Below, piece by piece: positions 27,961 through 37,103 of a DNA stretch of 64,000 nucleotides. Origin of the DNA: Clostridia bacterium. GTDB lineage: Bacteria > Bacillota > Clostridia > Oscillospirales > CAG-272. A program made the translations under genes and the position numbers. Location of the stretch: assembly GCA_017466375.1 (NCBI GenBank), contig JAFTUH010000040.1:15069-79068 (forward strand), written 5' to 3'. Below the pieces are notes generated by a model. The model saw nothing but the letters and a program-made list of their open reading frames with translations. It did no database searches and was not told the DNA's origin. The number at the start of each line of letters is the position of its first letter. Position 1 is the first letter of the stretch.

Positions 27961-30411
27961 TCAAGAGCGCACCGCATAGGAAACGGTGCCGTCCGTCCAC
28001 ACTGCGTCTGCTGTATCGCCCGATCGGATTCTTCCGGAAAGCATCGCCTCCGAAAACGTGTCCTCGATATGCCGGATGACGGCACGGCGGAGAGGACGCG
28101 CGCCATAGGTCGGATCACGTCCGGCGGCGGCGATGTTTTTCACGATCTCCTCCGTGAAATGCACCGTGATGCCGAGCGCGGCGATCCGCTTTGTCACCTC
28201 GGCGAGCATACGCGCCGTGATTTCGCAAAGCTCGCTCTCGCCGAGCTTTTCAAACAGGATCACCTCGTCAATCCGATTGAGAAATTCGGGGCGGAATGTC
28301 GCCTTCAGCGCCTCTGTCACCCGCGCTTTCCGCTGTTCGTATTCTGCCTCCCCGCCTGCGGAAAAACCGAGCACGCCCGTGCCGCCCCATCCTGCCGCAC
28401 CGATATTTGACGTCATAATGATAACCGTATTGCGGAAATCGATGCGTCTGCCCTGCGCATCCGTAAGCGTGCCGTCCTCCAGCACCTGCAAAAGGAGATG
28501 GAACACGTCCGGATGCGCTTTTTCGATCTCATCAAACAAAACGACAGAGTACGGATGCCGTCTGACACGCTCCGTCAGCTGACCGCCGTCATCGTAGCCA
28601 ACGTAGCCGGGCGGCGAGCCAATCATGCGCGACGTCGTGAATTTCTCCATATATTCGGACATATCGATGCGGATAAGTGAGTTCTCGCCCCCATACATCA
28701 CGTCCGCAAGCGCGCGGGCAAGCTCCGTTTTGCCGACACCGGTCGGACCGAGAAACAGAAATGAGCCGACCGGACGACCGGGATCCTTGAGCCCTGTCCG
28801 ACCGCGTCGTATTGCACGGGCGAGTGCCGATACGGCTTTGCTTTGCCCGATCACGCGCTCCGTGAGCAGGGATTCGAGACGCGAAAGACGTGCGCCCTCC
28901 TCCTCGGCAAGACGGGAGACGGGCACCCCCGTCCACGCGGTCACGACAGCGGCGACATCCTCCTCCGTGACCGATTCCTCCCGCCGCTGGGCAATGGCGA
29001 CACTGCCGCGGCTGCTCTCGTACTCCTCCCTGAGATGGCTCTCACGGTCGCGGAGGACAGCGGCGTTTTCGTAATCCTCGGCTAAAATTGCCTCCTCTTT
29101 CTCTGCCGTCAGCGCACGGAGCGCGCTCTCGATCTGCACCGTTTGTGCTTGCGGCATTGCCGCCGAGAGCCGCTTTTTTGCCGCCGCCTCATCGATCAGA
29201 TCGATCGCCTTATCGGGCAGATACCGGTCGCAGATGTACCTGACGGACAGACGCACTGCGGCATCGATCGCCTCGTCGGTGATCTTCAGCCTGTGATGCG
29301 CCTCGTATCGGTCGCGAAGTCCGAAGAGGATCTCTCTCGCCTCCGACGCCGACGGTTCGCCGACGAGCACGGACTGAAACCGTCTCTCCAGTGCGGCATC
29401 CTTCTCGATATGGCGGCGGTACTCGTCAATCGTCGTTGCACCGATGATCTGAAGTTCCCCGCGTGCAAGCGCCGGTTTGAGAATATTCGCCGCGTCCAGG
29501 GCTCCCTCTGCACCGCCCGCGCCGATGATGGTGTGCATCTCGTCAATAAACAGAATCACGCGGCTGTCTTTCGTCGCTTCCTTGAGCACGGAGCGCATCC
29601 GCTCCTCAAATTCGCCGCGGTATTTCGCCCCTGCGATCATAGCGGCAATATCGAGCATGACGATCATCCGCCCGCGGAGATTTTCGGGCACGCTCCCCTC
29701 CGCAATTCTGCGCGCGATTCCCTCAACGACCGCCGTTTTGCCGACGCCAGGCTCCCCGATCAGGCACGGATTGTTTTTCGTCCGACGGGAGAGGATACGG
29801 ATCACGCGGTCCGTCTCCTCCTCACGTCCGATGACGGGATCCAGCCTGCCCGCCTCCGCCCACGCACACAGATTCCGCCCGTATGCACTGAGCGCCGGAC
29901 AGTCCCGGATCGCCTCCTTACCGCCCTTCTCCGCGCGAATCTGCCCGGGCATCGAAAGTCTTGTCGGCGGATTCTCCCCCGCACCGAAATACGCCGTCAC
30001 ATCCCCGCGGATCTCGTTGACGGAGGCGCCGAGAGTCGCAATGATGCGCACCGCTTCGCACTCCCCCTCCGATGTGAGGGCAAGCAGAAGATGCTCCGTG
30101 CCGATAAAGCCGTGTCCGGCACGCACGGACTCCACCGCCGAATTTTCGATCACCTTTTTCGTGCGCGGCGTCATATCGGCGGCGGTCACATGGCTGCTCT
30201 CCCCGATGCCGGACGTATCGGTGATCTGCTTTTTCACGGTATCGTACCGCACGCCGCGGGATTCCAGAATCCGTGCGGCGATGCTGTCCGGCTCCGACAG
30301 AAGCCCGAGCAGAAGATGCTCCGTGCCGATGTACGTATGCCCCAATTCCCGTGCGGCGGTGAGTGCCCGATTCAAGGCGCCCTGTGCTTTCTGTGTGAAG
30401 CGATTCATCAT
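27961..30411 (-). CDS. clpC: ATP-dependent Clp protease ATP-binding subunit ClpC (class I AAA+)
   Basis: Two Clp_N repeats (GHTYIGTEHLLLGLL, GHGFIGTEHLLLAL), Walker A GEPGVGKT and GPTGVGKT, and a UVR-like linker (EDYENAAVLRDRE). Start moved to ATG 30411, preceded by GGAGGG. Confidence 0.93.
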   Translation of the reverse strand: MMNRFTQKAQGALNRALTAARELGHTYIGTEHLLLGLLSEPDSIAARILESRGVRYDTVKKQITDTSGIGESSHVTAADMTPRTKKVIENSAVESVRAGHGFIGTEHLLLALTSEGECEAVRIIATLGASVNEIRGDVTAYFGAGENPPTRLSMPGQIRAEKGGKEAIRDCPALSAYGRNLCAWAEAGRLDPVIGREEETDRVIRILSRRTKNNPCLIGEPGVGKTAVVEGIARRIAEGSVPENLRGRMIVMLDIAAMIAGAKYRGEFEERMRSVLKEATKDSRVILFIDEMHTIIGAGGAEGALDAANILKPALARGELQIIGATTIDEYRRHIEKDAALERRFQSVLVGEPSASEAREILFGLRDRYEAHHRLKITDEAIDAAVRLSVRYICDRYLPDKAIDLIDEAAAKKRLSAAMPQAQTVQIESALRALTAEKEEAILAEDYENAAVLRDRESHLREEYESSRGSVAIAQRREESVTEEDVAAVVTAWTGVPVSRLAEEEGARLSRLESLLTERVIGQSKAVSALARAIRRGRTGLKDPGRPVGSFLFLGPTGVGKTELARALADVMYGGENSLIRIDMSEYMEKFTTSRMIGSPPGYVGYDDGGQLTERVRRHPYSVVLFDEIEKAHPDVFHLLLQVLEDGTLTDAQGRRIDFRNTVIIMTSNIGAAGWGGTGVLGFSAGGEAEYEQRKARVTEALKATFRPEFLNRIDEVILFEKLGESELCEITARMLAEVTKRIAALGITVHFTEEIVKNIAAAGRDPTYGARPLRRAVIRHIEDTFSEAMLSGRIRSGDTADAVWTDGTVSYAVRS

Positions 30412-30496
30412 AATTCCCTCCGTCGGCAAATACTGTGCAGGCTTCTCCGCACCTTTGCCTCCGTTATTTTCGCCGCGAAATTTCCGCTTCATACAG

Positions 30497-31042
30497 TTAT
30501 TGCCGTTCTCTTTCGGCGAAATTGTACGCCTCGGCAAGTCTGTCCCACGTTCGTTTATCCGTTACGCCCGTCACGTCCAGCAGATTCGCCCGCTGAAAAA
30601 TACGGATCGCCTCCTCCGTCATCTGATCGTAGACGCCGCTTAAAGGGATCTCCCCGCCCTCTCCAAAAAAGATCCGTATCGATTCGAGCATGATCTGCAA
30701 AATCAGCACGAGCGAGCTTTTCTCCCCCAAACGGACGGCACCGTGCGCATCGGTAAACGGATACAAAGCGCCACCCGCCCCGCTGTCACTATAGTAAAGC
30801 GCGTACACCTCGCGGATCTTCTGCCACGTGGCAAAATCGACCTCCCCCGTCTCGGGGAGCAAATATTTCCGCTGAAAGGCGCGCACGGCGTTCGCCGTTG
30901 CTCTGTCATAGCTGCCATCTACTGCTACACTGAGTGATTCGTCCCCCGTCTGCCGGGAAATGAAACGGAGCATCTCCTGCAAAATGCGGATGCGCTCCTC
31001 CTCATCGCGAAAATCGTAATAGATATTCTGATACGGCTGCAT
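30497..31042 (-). CDS. peptidoglycan-binding (PG_binding_1-like) repeat protein, no signal peptide
   Basis: Two repeats of the pattern DG.Y...T..AV..FQ....L..TG.VD..TW. Start is ATG 31042 or GTG 31045, after GGAGGAGGG; it overlaps the stop of the upstream gene. Confidence 0.7.
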   Translation of the reverse strand: MQPYQNIYYDFRDEEERIRILQEMLRFISRQTGDESLSVAVDGSYDRATANAVRAFQRKYLLPETGEVDFATWQKIREVYALYYSDSGAGGALYPFTDAHGAVRLGEKSSLVLILQIMLESIRIFFGEGGEIPLSGVYDQMTEEAIRIFQRANLLDVTGVTDKRTWDRLAEAYNFAERERQ

Positions 31043-32439
31043 CACTCTATCCCTCCTCCGTACTGTGTGCCGGACGTGTCTGTTCCCTCGCGGAGATCCC
31101 TGTACGTTTCAGTGATCGAATCCCACGTAACGGCGGAAACGATCCCCGACGGATTCAGCCCGAACAGCGACTGATACGCGCGGACTGCCGCCGCCGTGGA
31201 AGCGCCGAACTGTCCGTCCACGGTAAGCTTCGGAATCGAGGTGTAGGTGTCGGAGATGAAATTCAGATACTCCTGCAACGCCTCGACCTCCTCACCGGAT
31301 GAGCCTACCCTGAGCTGAAATCCCGGATACGGGCGTGTTGCCTCGGTGAAATAGCCCGGCGGGAGGGAGGCAAGCTGACCGCGGTACGCGTCGTACAGGC
31401 GGTTCCACGTGACCGTATCGACAATGCCCGTGACGGGGAGCCCGTATGTCTGCTGGAACGCCTCCACTGCCTGCTTCGTTGCCGAACCGAAGATCCCGTC
31501 CACGGTGACAGTGGGAATCGTCTCGACGAAATATCCGACGAAAGCAAGCAAATACTGCAGTTCCCGCACGCCCGTGCCCGTTGCTCCCTCCGCAAGCCGG
31601 AGTTCAAACAGATTCGTCACGTCGGACAGCGGCAGCCCCTCCGCGTTCAGCTCGGACAGCCGCTTCACCCCGTTGAATATACGCTGGATCATGTACCACG
31701 TCGCCCGTCCGATAATGCCGTCCTCCGTCAGACCGAATACGCGCTGGAATTCGCGCACCGCCGCCTCCGTCTCCGATCCGTAAATGCCGTCCGGATTCGG
31801 TATCTTCGGAATGGACGGATAGTTTTTCGAGATACGGTTGAGGCGTATTTGGATACGGCGGATCTCGTTGCCGCTTGTGCCGGGACGGAGCGGTACGCCG
31901 GGATAGCTTTCCGAAAGCCCCACAACAGGCGCATCGCGGACCAGCTCGATATCGTCCCCGTAGTAGTTTTGGAGAATCTCAATCGGTGTCAGCCCCTCTT
32001 CGGCAAGCGTGACCGATCCCCACTGCGAAAGACCGCCGCAGGTGACGGTCGTGCCGTTGCAGTACTGGGCAAACAGCGGTGCAACGCTGCCCGATCTCCG
32101 CAGATAATCGTTGAAAATCCCGTCCACGATCTCGGAAATATTGTCGAAAATATCCCGTCCGTACACGAAGGACTGATCGAACGCGGTGGAGTTTGTGATG
32201 TCAAAATTGTATCCGCGGGAGCGATAGTATTCCGTATAGACGCGGTTGAGGGCGAAGGTGATCTGCGCTAAAATGTTGGCACGAATCGCGCTTTCCGGCC
32301 ACGTCGGATAGATTTCACTGGAGGCGACGTTCTTTATGTAGTCGGGGAAATTCACCGTCACGTTCTGCGCCGCCTGATCCGGTGCGCCAAGATGCACAGT
32401 GATCGTCTCGGGAATAATCGGCAGTTGTGCGTCTGTCAT
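31042..32439 (-). CDS. peptidoglycan-binding protein: unknown ~190-aa N-terminal domain plus three PG_binding_1-like repeats
   Basis: Three repeats such as GTSGNEIRRIQIRLNRISKNYPSIPKIPNPDGIYGSETEAAVREFQRVFGLTEDGIIGRATW. Start moved to ATG 32439 (MTDAQLPIIPE), preceded by GAGGAGG. Confidence 0.75.
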   Translation of the reverse strand: MTDAQLPIIPETITVHLGAPDQAAQNVTVNFPDYIKNVASSEIYPTWPESAIRANILAQITFALNRVYTEYYRSRGYNFDITNSTAFDQSFVYGRDIFDNISEIVDGIFNDYLRRSGSVAPLFAQYCNGTTVTCGGLSQWGSVTLAEEGLTPIEILQNYYGDDIELVRDAPVVGLSESYPGVPLRPGTSGNEIRRIQIRLNRISKNYPSIPKIPNPDGIYGSETEAAVREFQRVFGLTEDGIIGRATWYMIQRIFNGVKRLSELNAEGLPLSDVTNLFELRLAEGATGTGVRELQYLLAFVGYFVETIPTVTVDGIFGSATKQAVEAFQQTYGLPVTGIVDTVTWNRLYDAYRGQLASLPPGYFTEATRPYPGFQLRVGSSGEEVEALQEYLNFISDTYTSIPKLTVDGQFGASTAAAVRAYQSLFGLNPSGIVSAVTWDSITETYRDLREGTDTSGTQYGGGIE

Positions 32440-32449
32440 ACGTACCTCC

Positions 32450-32869
32450 TCACAAGAGCGGATTTTCGCCCGTGGGCGTCTCAAATATGCGCAGTTCACT
32501 TTCTCCGTCCGTGCGGAACTCGGACAGAGGGATAAGCTGCACCGGCTGGGTGGAAATCACCCCGTCAAAAATCGGAACGCCGACGTTTTCCACCGTGCCG
32601 TAGCCGTCCTTCTGCACCGTGATGTTATAGACGCCGTACGGCGCGGGATCGCCCGGCTTCATGGACAGGGCGGCAGGCGGTGCTGTAAGCTGTACCGTAT
32701 CTGTGATCCCGTCCTCATTCGTGCGGAGCGAATACAGAAGCACGCTCCCCTCCCCCGCCTCGCCGCTGTAAATCCGGACAAACGCACCCTCGATGGGCAG
32801 CGTCTCCCGCGCCTTGCGGACAATCACGCGGAGATAGCCGCGCCCCGCCGATGCACTCTGCTCGTTCAT
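32450..32869 (-). CDS. small carboxypeptidase-regulatory-like (beta-sandwich) domain protein
   Basis: GYLRVIVRKARETLPIEGAFVRIYS...YNITVQKDGY resembles the CarboxypepD_reg fold pattern. RBS AAGGGAGG. Ends 10 nt before the next gene. Confidence 0.6.
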   Translation of the reverse strand: MNEQSASAGRGYLRVIVRKARETLPIEGAFVRIYSGEAGEGSVLLYSLRTNEDGITDTVQLTAPPAALSMKPGDPAPYGVYNITVQKDGYGTVENVGVPIFDGVISTQPVQLIPLSEFRTDGESELRIFETPTGENPLL

Positions 32870-32961
32870 AAAATCGCCTCCCTTACAAAATATCGTTATA
32901 CTATATGCGCAAAGGCGGGCGTTCGTGACACGGCGGTTTTCGCAAAAAATTCACGCCTCCA

Positions 32962-32990
32962 TAGACAAAACGAAAAAAATATGTTACAAT
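32962..32990 (+). promoter_or_regulatory. candidate folA promoter
   Basis: TAGACA (32962-32967), a 17-nt spacer, then TGT-TACAAT (extended -10; TACAAT at 32985-32990). Confidence 0.45.
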
Positions 32991-33021
32991 ATTTTTATAT
33001 GTAAGGGAAAGGAGAGCGCGT

Positions 33022-33516
33022 ATGACTGCACTGATCGCGGCTTTTGCAGACAATCGGGTGATGGGCAAGAACGGCCGTCTGCCGTGGCACATTCCCGAGG
33101 ACTTGAAGCGATTCCGCTCCCTGACGGAGGGGCACACCGTCATCATGGGGCGACGCTCGTTTGAGGAAATCGGCAGAGCACTTGCCAACCGTCAGACGAT
33201 CGTCCTCAGCCGGAATCCCGCATTCGCCGCGGAGGGCTGCACCGTCGCATGCTCGCTCACCGAAGCCATCTCCCTCGCCGACCGGACGGAAATTTTCATC
33301 GCTGGCGGTGCGTCCGTATATGCCGAAGCACTCCCTCTGTGCGATCGGCTGTATATCACGAGAATCGACGCACCCTTTGACGGAGACACGTTCTTCCCCG
33401 ATTTTGACGAGACGGCGTTTTCTCTCACGGAGGAGACCGCTGTTTCGGGAGAGATTCCCTGCCGCTTTCTCACCTACGATCGGATCCGTCACAAAATTTC
33501 GGCGGAAGATTTTTGA
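33022..33516 (+). CDS. folA: dihydrofolate reductase
   Basis: IAAFADNRVMGKNGRLPWHIPEDLKRFRSLTEGHTVIMGRRSFEEIG. RBS AAAGGAGAG. Confidence 0.93.
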   Translation: MTALIAAFADNRVMGKNGRLPWHIPEDLKRFRSLTEGHTVIMGRRSFEEIGRALANRQTIVLSRNPAFAAEGCTVACSLTEAISLADRTEIFIAGGASVYAEALPLCDRLYITRIDAPFDGDTFFPDFDETAFSLTEETAVSGEIPCRFLTYDRIRHKISAEDF

Positions 33517-33604
33517 ACCCGTCACAATCATTTCACATTTCTGTCAGCCAGCTGTCATTTGCGGGCGATATAATATCGGTATGAAGCACGAAAGGAGGTC
33601 CCGT

Positions 33605-34339
33605 ATGCCGTCTGTCCAGCAGATTTTCGAGCGAAAAGAGAAAAAGTATCTCCTCTCCGAAAAAGAGAAGGATGCCCTGCTTGCGCGCATCGGCGACCGC
33701 CTCACACCGGATAAATACGGTCATTCCACCGTGTGCAGTCTGTATTTCGACACAGCGGATTACCGCATAATCCGTGCCTCCATCGGTGCACGGACGTACA
33801 AGGAAAAGCTCCGTCTTCGCTGCTATGGCACCCCGGACACCGACAGCACCGTATTTCTGGAGCTCAAAAAGAAATACCGCGGCGTAGTCTACAAGCGGCG
33901 CGAAAAAATACCCCTCTCCGCCGCATACGATTACATCAACACAGGCGTACTGCCGAAAGACACGCAGATCATGCGTGAGATCGACTGGATGCGGAAGACG
34001 AATGACCTCGCCCCCGTAATCCTGCTCGCGTATGACCGGGAGGCTTTCTATTCGGAGGAGATCGCAGGACTGCGCCTCACCTTTGACACAAACGTGCGCT
34101 TCCGCACGGAGGATCTCCGCCTTGAGCACGGCCCGGACGGGCAGACGCTCCTCCCGACGGGCAGATACATTCTCGAGATCAAAACGCTCGGGGCGATGCC
34201 TTTGTGGCTGACGCACGAGCTGGACGCACTTTCCCTCTATCCGACCTCGTTTTCCAAATACGGCACGGCGTACAAAGAGTATCTCTGCCCTGCCCACGCC
34301 GATCATTTTTCACCGATACAGGAGGCATTCCATGCTTAA
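33605..34339 (+). CDS. VTC-domain (polyphosphate polymerase domain, CYTH-like tunnel fold) protein
   Basis: FERKEKKYLL...CSLYFDT...YKEKLRLRCYG...LELKKKYRGVVYKRR...LEIK pattern, typical of bacterial VTC-domain proteins. Start placed at ATG 33605, after GAAAGGAGG; the upstream part of track ORF 33161.. overlaps folA. Confidence 0.8.
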   Translation: MPSVQQIFERKEKKYLLSEKEKDALLARIGDRLTPDKYGHSTVCSLYFDTADYRIIRASIGARTYKEKLRLRCYGTPDTDSTVFLELKKKYRGVVYKRREKIPLSAAYDYINTGVLPKDTQIMREIDWMRKTNDLAPVILLAYDREAFYSEEIAGLRLTFDTNVRFRTEDLRLEHGPDGQTLLPTGRYILEIKTLGAMPLWLTHELDALSLYPTSFSKYGTAYKEYLCPAHADHFSPIQEAFHA

Positions 34340-35006
34340 CGCTCTGTTTCAGCCGCTGTTTACTACCTCGTTTACGCTTTCGAATTACCTCATCTGCACC
34401 GCCGTCGCCCTCGTGCTCGGCGTAATCACGGCTGCCGCCGCGTCCTTCCGCACGACGGCTTCGCGCAGTTTTCTTCTATCCCTCGTCCTTCTGCCGCCGA
34501 TCGTGCAGACGGTTATCATGCTCGTCAACGGCAGTATCGGCACAGGTATCGCCGTCATGGGCGCGTTCAGTCTCGTCCGTTTTCGTTCCATGCCCGGCAG
34601 CGCCCGAGAAATCGCCACGATCTTTCTTTCGATGGCGATCGGTCTTGCTACCGCTACGGGATATCTCGGTATCGCCGTCCTTCTCACGCTGATCCTCTCT
34701 GCGGTACTCGTGATTGCCGCGCTTCCCGTTTTTGCACCGAAGCAGGTGCGCCAGCTCGTCATCACCGTACCCGAATCCCTCAACTATGCGCACGCTTTTG
34801 ACGACGTGTTTGCCAAATACGCAAAAAATGTCCGACTTATTTCCGTGAAAACGACGCACATGGGCAGTCTGTTCAAGCTCACGTACACGCTGTCCATCGC
34901 TGACACGGAGAAAGAAAAAGAGCTGATCGACGCGCTCCGTTGCCGCAACGGCAATCTGGAAATTGCACTCGGGGTCGCTGCCGGTGCAGAGGGAGAACTT
35001 TTATGA
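34332..35006 (+). CDS. DUF4956-family membrane protein
   Basis: Four to five TM helices with the conserved AFSLVRFRS segment, and a soluble C-terminal domain. The ATG overlaps the end of the VTC gene by 8 nt. RBS AGGAGG. Confidence 0.8.
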   Translation: MLNALFQPLFTTSFTLSNYLICTAVALVLGVITAAAASFRTTASRSFLLSLVLLPPIVQTVIMLVNGSIGTGIAVMGAFSLVRFRSMPGSAREIATIFLSMAIGLATATGYLGIAVLLTLILSAVLVIAALPVFAPKQVRQLVITVPESLNYAHAFDDVFAKYAKNVRLISVKTTHMGSLFKLTYTLSIADTEKEKELIDALRCRNGNLEIALGVAAGAEGELL

Positions 35007-36985
35007 AAAAAACGCGCTTGGCAACATATGTAATCCCGCTTTTAATCGCCGCCGTCACGCTCACTGCGTGCGCCGATATGACAACACCGCCGTCTCAGAC
35101 TGACGACGGTGTTTTTCAAGAGATCACCGACGGCGGCTCCGTAAACACGCCCGACACGGGTGCCTCCGTCGATGCAGATACCGCACCGGGCGATTTCGAC
35201 CTCTCCGTATCGGATCGCGACACAGACGCTTCTTACGGTACTGTAATCGCCACGGTCACGTTTTCGGACACCGCCGTTACGATCAGCGGCACGGGCGTCT
35301 CCGCCGACGGTACCGCCGTCACGATTTCACAAGCGGGCACGTATATCCTCACGGGATCGTGCGCCGACGGATCGGTAACGGTCAACATCCCCGTCGAGGA
35401 TAAGGCACAGATCGTCCTGGACGGGCTTTCGCTCACCGCAAAAAACGGTGCCCCTCTCGTAATCGAACAGGCGGACAAAGTATTTTTGACGCTTGCAGAA
35501 AACACAATAAATACCCTCTCCGACGCTGCCGATTATACGCTTACGGCAGGTGATTCCACCGTGGATGCGGCAATCTTCTCCAAAGAGGATCTGACCATCA
35601 ACGGCACAGGATCGCTCACCGTAAACGGAAGCTATAAGCACGGCATCGTCTCGAAGGACGATCTCGTCATTACAGGCGGCACGATCACCGTTACTGCCGC
35701 ATCCACCGCCATCGACGGCAAGGACAGCGTGCGCCTCACGGGCGATCCCGTTATCACCGTAAATGCAGGCACGAACGGCATACGTTCGACAAATGCCGAA
35801 GACCCAGAGCGCGGATACGTATGGATCGACGGCGGTACGGTTACCGTAAACGCCGGCACAGACGGGATCGAAGCCGTCACGCTATTGCGCATCGACGGCG
35901 GTGCGATCAAGCTGGCAACGGGCGGCGGCTCGGCAAACGCATCCACGACCACGGACGGCGGCAGAAACGTCGGCTGGGGTATGTGGGGCGGTTATCCCGG
36001 GTATCCCGGCGGACACGGACAGACGACAAGCGAAGATTCCGCCAGCGCCAAGGCGCTCAAATCCACCGGCGATATTATGATTACGGACGGCGTAATCACG
36101 ATCGATTCCTCCGATGACGCAATCCACGCGAATGCAAACGTGACGATCACAGGCGGCACGATCACTGCTGCCTCCGGTGACGACGGCATCCACGCCGATA
36201 CAAAGCTTACGATCACAGGCGGCGATATCACGGTGACGAAAAGCTACGAGGGACTCGAAGCAACGGATATCGTATTCGCAGGCGGACGCGCCTACATCAC
36301 GGCAAGCGATGACGGGTTGAACGCCGCGGGCGGCAACGACGGATCCTCTTTCGGCGGCGGTATGGGACGCCCGGGACAGAATCCGTTCTCCGGCACGACG
36401 GGGACGCTGACCATTGCGGGCGGATACCTGATCGTGAACGCGGCCAGCGACGGCGTGGACTCCAACGGCACGCTCACCGTGACGGGCGGCGTAACGCTTG
36501 TATCCGGACCGACGAACAGCGGCAACGGCGCGTTGGATTATCAGTCGGGCGCATCGATCACGGGCGGCACGTTTATCGCATGCGGTGCTTCCGGCATGGC
36601 GCAGAATTTCTCCGACGCCTCGCAGGGCTGCATCATGGTAAACGTGCAGACGCAGCCGGCAAACAGCCCGATTGCGATCTGTGACGCAGACGGCACGGTA
36701 CTTGCCTCCTTTACGCCCATGAAGGCGTATCAAAACATCGTTATCAGCACGCCTTCCCTTAAAAAGGACGGCACATACGCGATCCGCACGGGTGAGATCC
36801 CGACCGCGGACGGATTCGGCTATGCGGCAGGTGGCACGATGGAAAACGGCACCGTGCTCGCTGAAATCGAGCTGTCCTCCCTCATCTGCGGCGGCGGCAT
36901 GGGCGGATTCGGCAATCCCGGCGGCATGGGCGGTACTCCTCCCGGAGGCTTCGGCGGAGGCGGACGTCCCGGCGGAGGTTGGTAA
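35003..36985 (+). CDS. Cthe_2159-type beta-helix (carbohydrate-binding domain) lipoprotein with a Gly-rich C-terminal tail
   Basis: Start ATG 35003 (ATGA overlap with the DUF4956 stop). Signal peptide with lipobox LTAC. Many repeats of the type ITGGTITVTA..DAI.. / DGI.A. Tail is GGGMGGFGNPGGMGGTPPGGFGGGGRPGGGW. Confidence 0.7.
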   Translation: MKKTRLATYVIPLLIAAVTLTACADMTTPPSQTDDGVFQEITDGGSVNTPDTGASVDADTAPGDFDLSVSDRDTDASYGTVIATVTFSDTAVTISGTGVSADGTAVTISQAGTYILTGSCADGSVTVNIPVEDKAQIVLDGLSLTAKNGAPLVIEQADKVFLTLAENTINTLSDAADYTLTAGDSTVDAAIFSKEDLTINGTGSLTVNGSYKHGIVSKDDLVITGGTITVTAASTAIDGKDSVRLTGDPVITVNAGTNGIRSTNAEDPERGYVWIDGGTVTVNAGTDGIEAVTLLRIDGGAIKLATGGGSANASTTTDGGRNVGWGMWGGYPGYPGGHGQTTSEDSASAKALKSTGDIMITDGVITIDSSDDAIHANANVTITGGTITAASGDDGIHADTKLTITGGDITVTKSYEGLEATDIVFAGGRAYITASDDGLNAAGGNDGSSFGGGMGRPGQNPFSGTTGTLTIAGGYLIVNAASDGVDSNGTLTVTGGVTLVSGPTNSGNGALDYQSGASITGGTFIACGASGMAQNFSDASQGCIMVNVQTQPANSPIAICDADGTVLASFTPMKAYQNIVISTPSLKKDGTYAIRTGEIPTADGFGYAAGGTMENGTVLAEIELSSLICGGGMGGFGNPGGMGGTPPGGFGGGGRPGGGW

Positions 36986-36996
36986 TACAAAAGCGG

Positions 36997-37027
36997 AACA
37001 GCTGTAAAAAATTACAGCTGTTTTTGC
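36997..37027 (+). terminator. rho-independent terminator
   Basis: AACAGCTGTAA/TTACAGCTGTT stem (36997-37007/37012-37022) with loop AAAA, followed by TTTTGC. Confidence 0.7.
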
Positions 37028-37103
37028 ATTTCAGTGTAACTTTTCTGCCGAAACGGTGTCTATATAGGTGAAAGGCCTTATCCGTACAGAAAGGAAAGCA
37101 AAG

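Noticed and set aside
30412-30537. 42-codon N-terminal extension of clpC that overlaps the upstream gene
   Set aside because: ClpC proteins begin at the Clp_N repeat (MMNRFTQKAQ...). ATG 30411 has a GGAGGG RBS. The extension would overlap the 3' end of the peptidoglycan-binding gene.
33161-33604. Upstream extension of the VTC-domain ORF (track start 33161)
   Set aside because: The extension overlaps folA in another frame and is Arg/Ser/Pro-rich. The conserved FERKEKKYLL start of the VTC domain follows ATG 33605, which has a GAAAGGAGG RBS.
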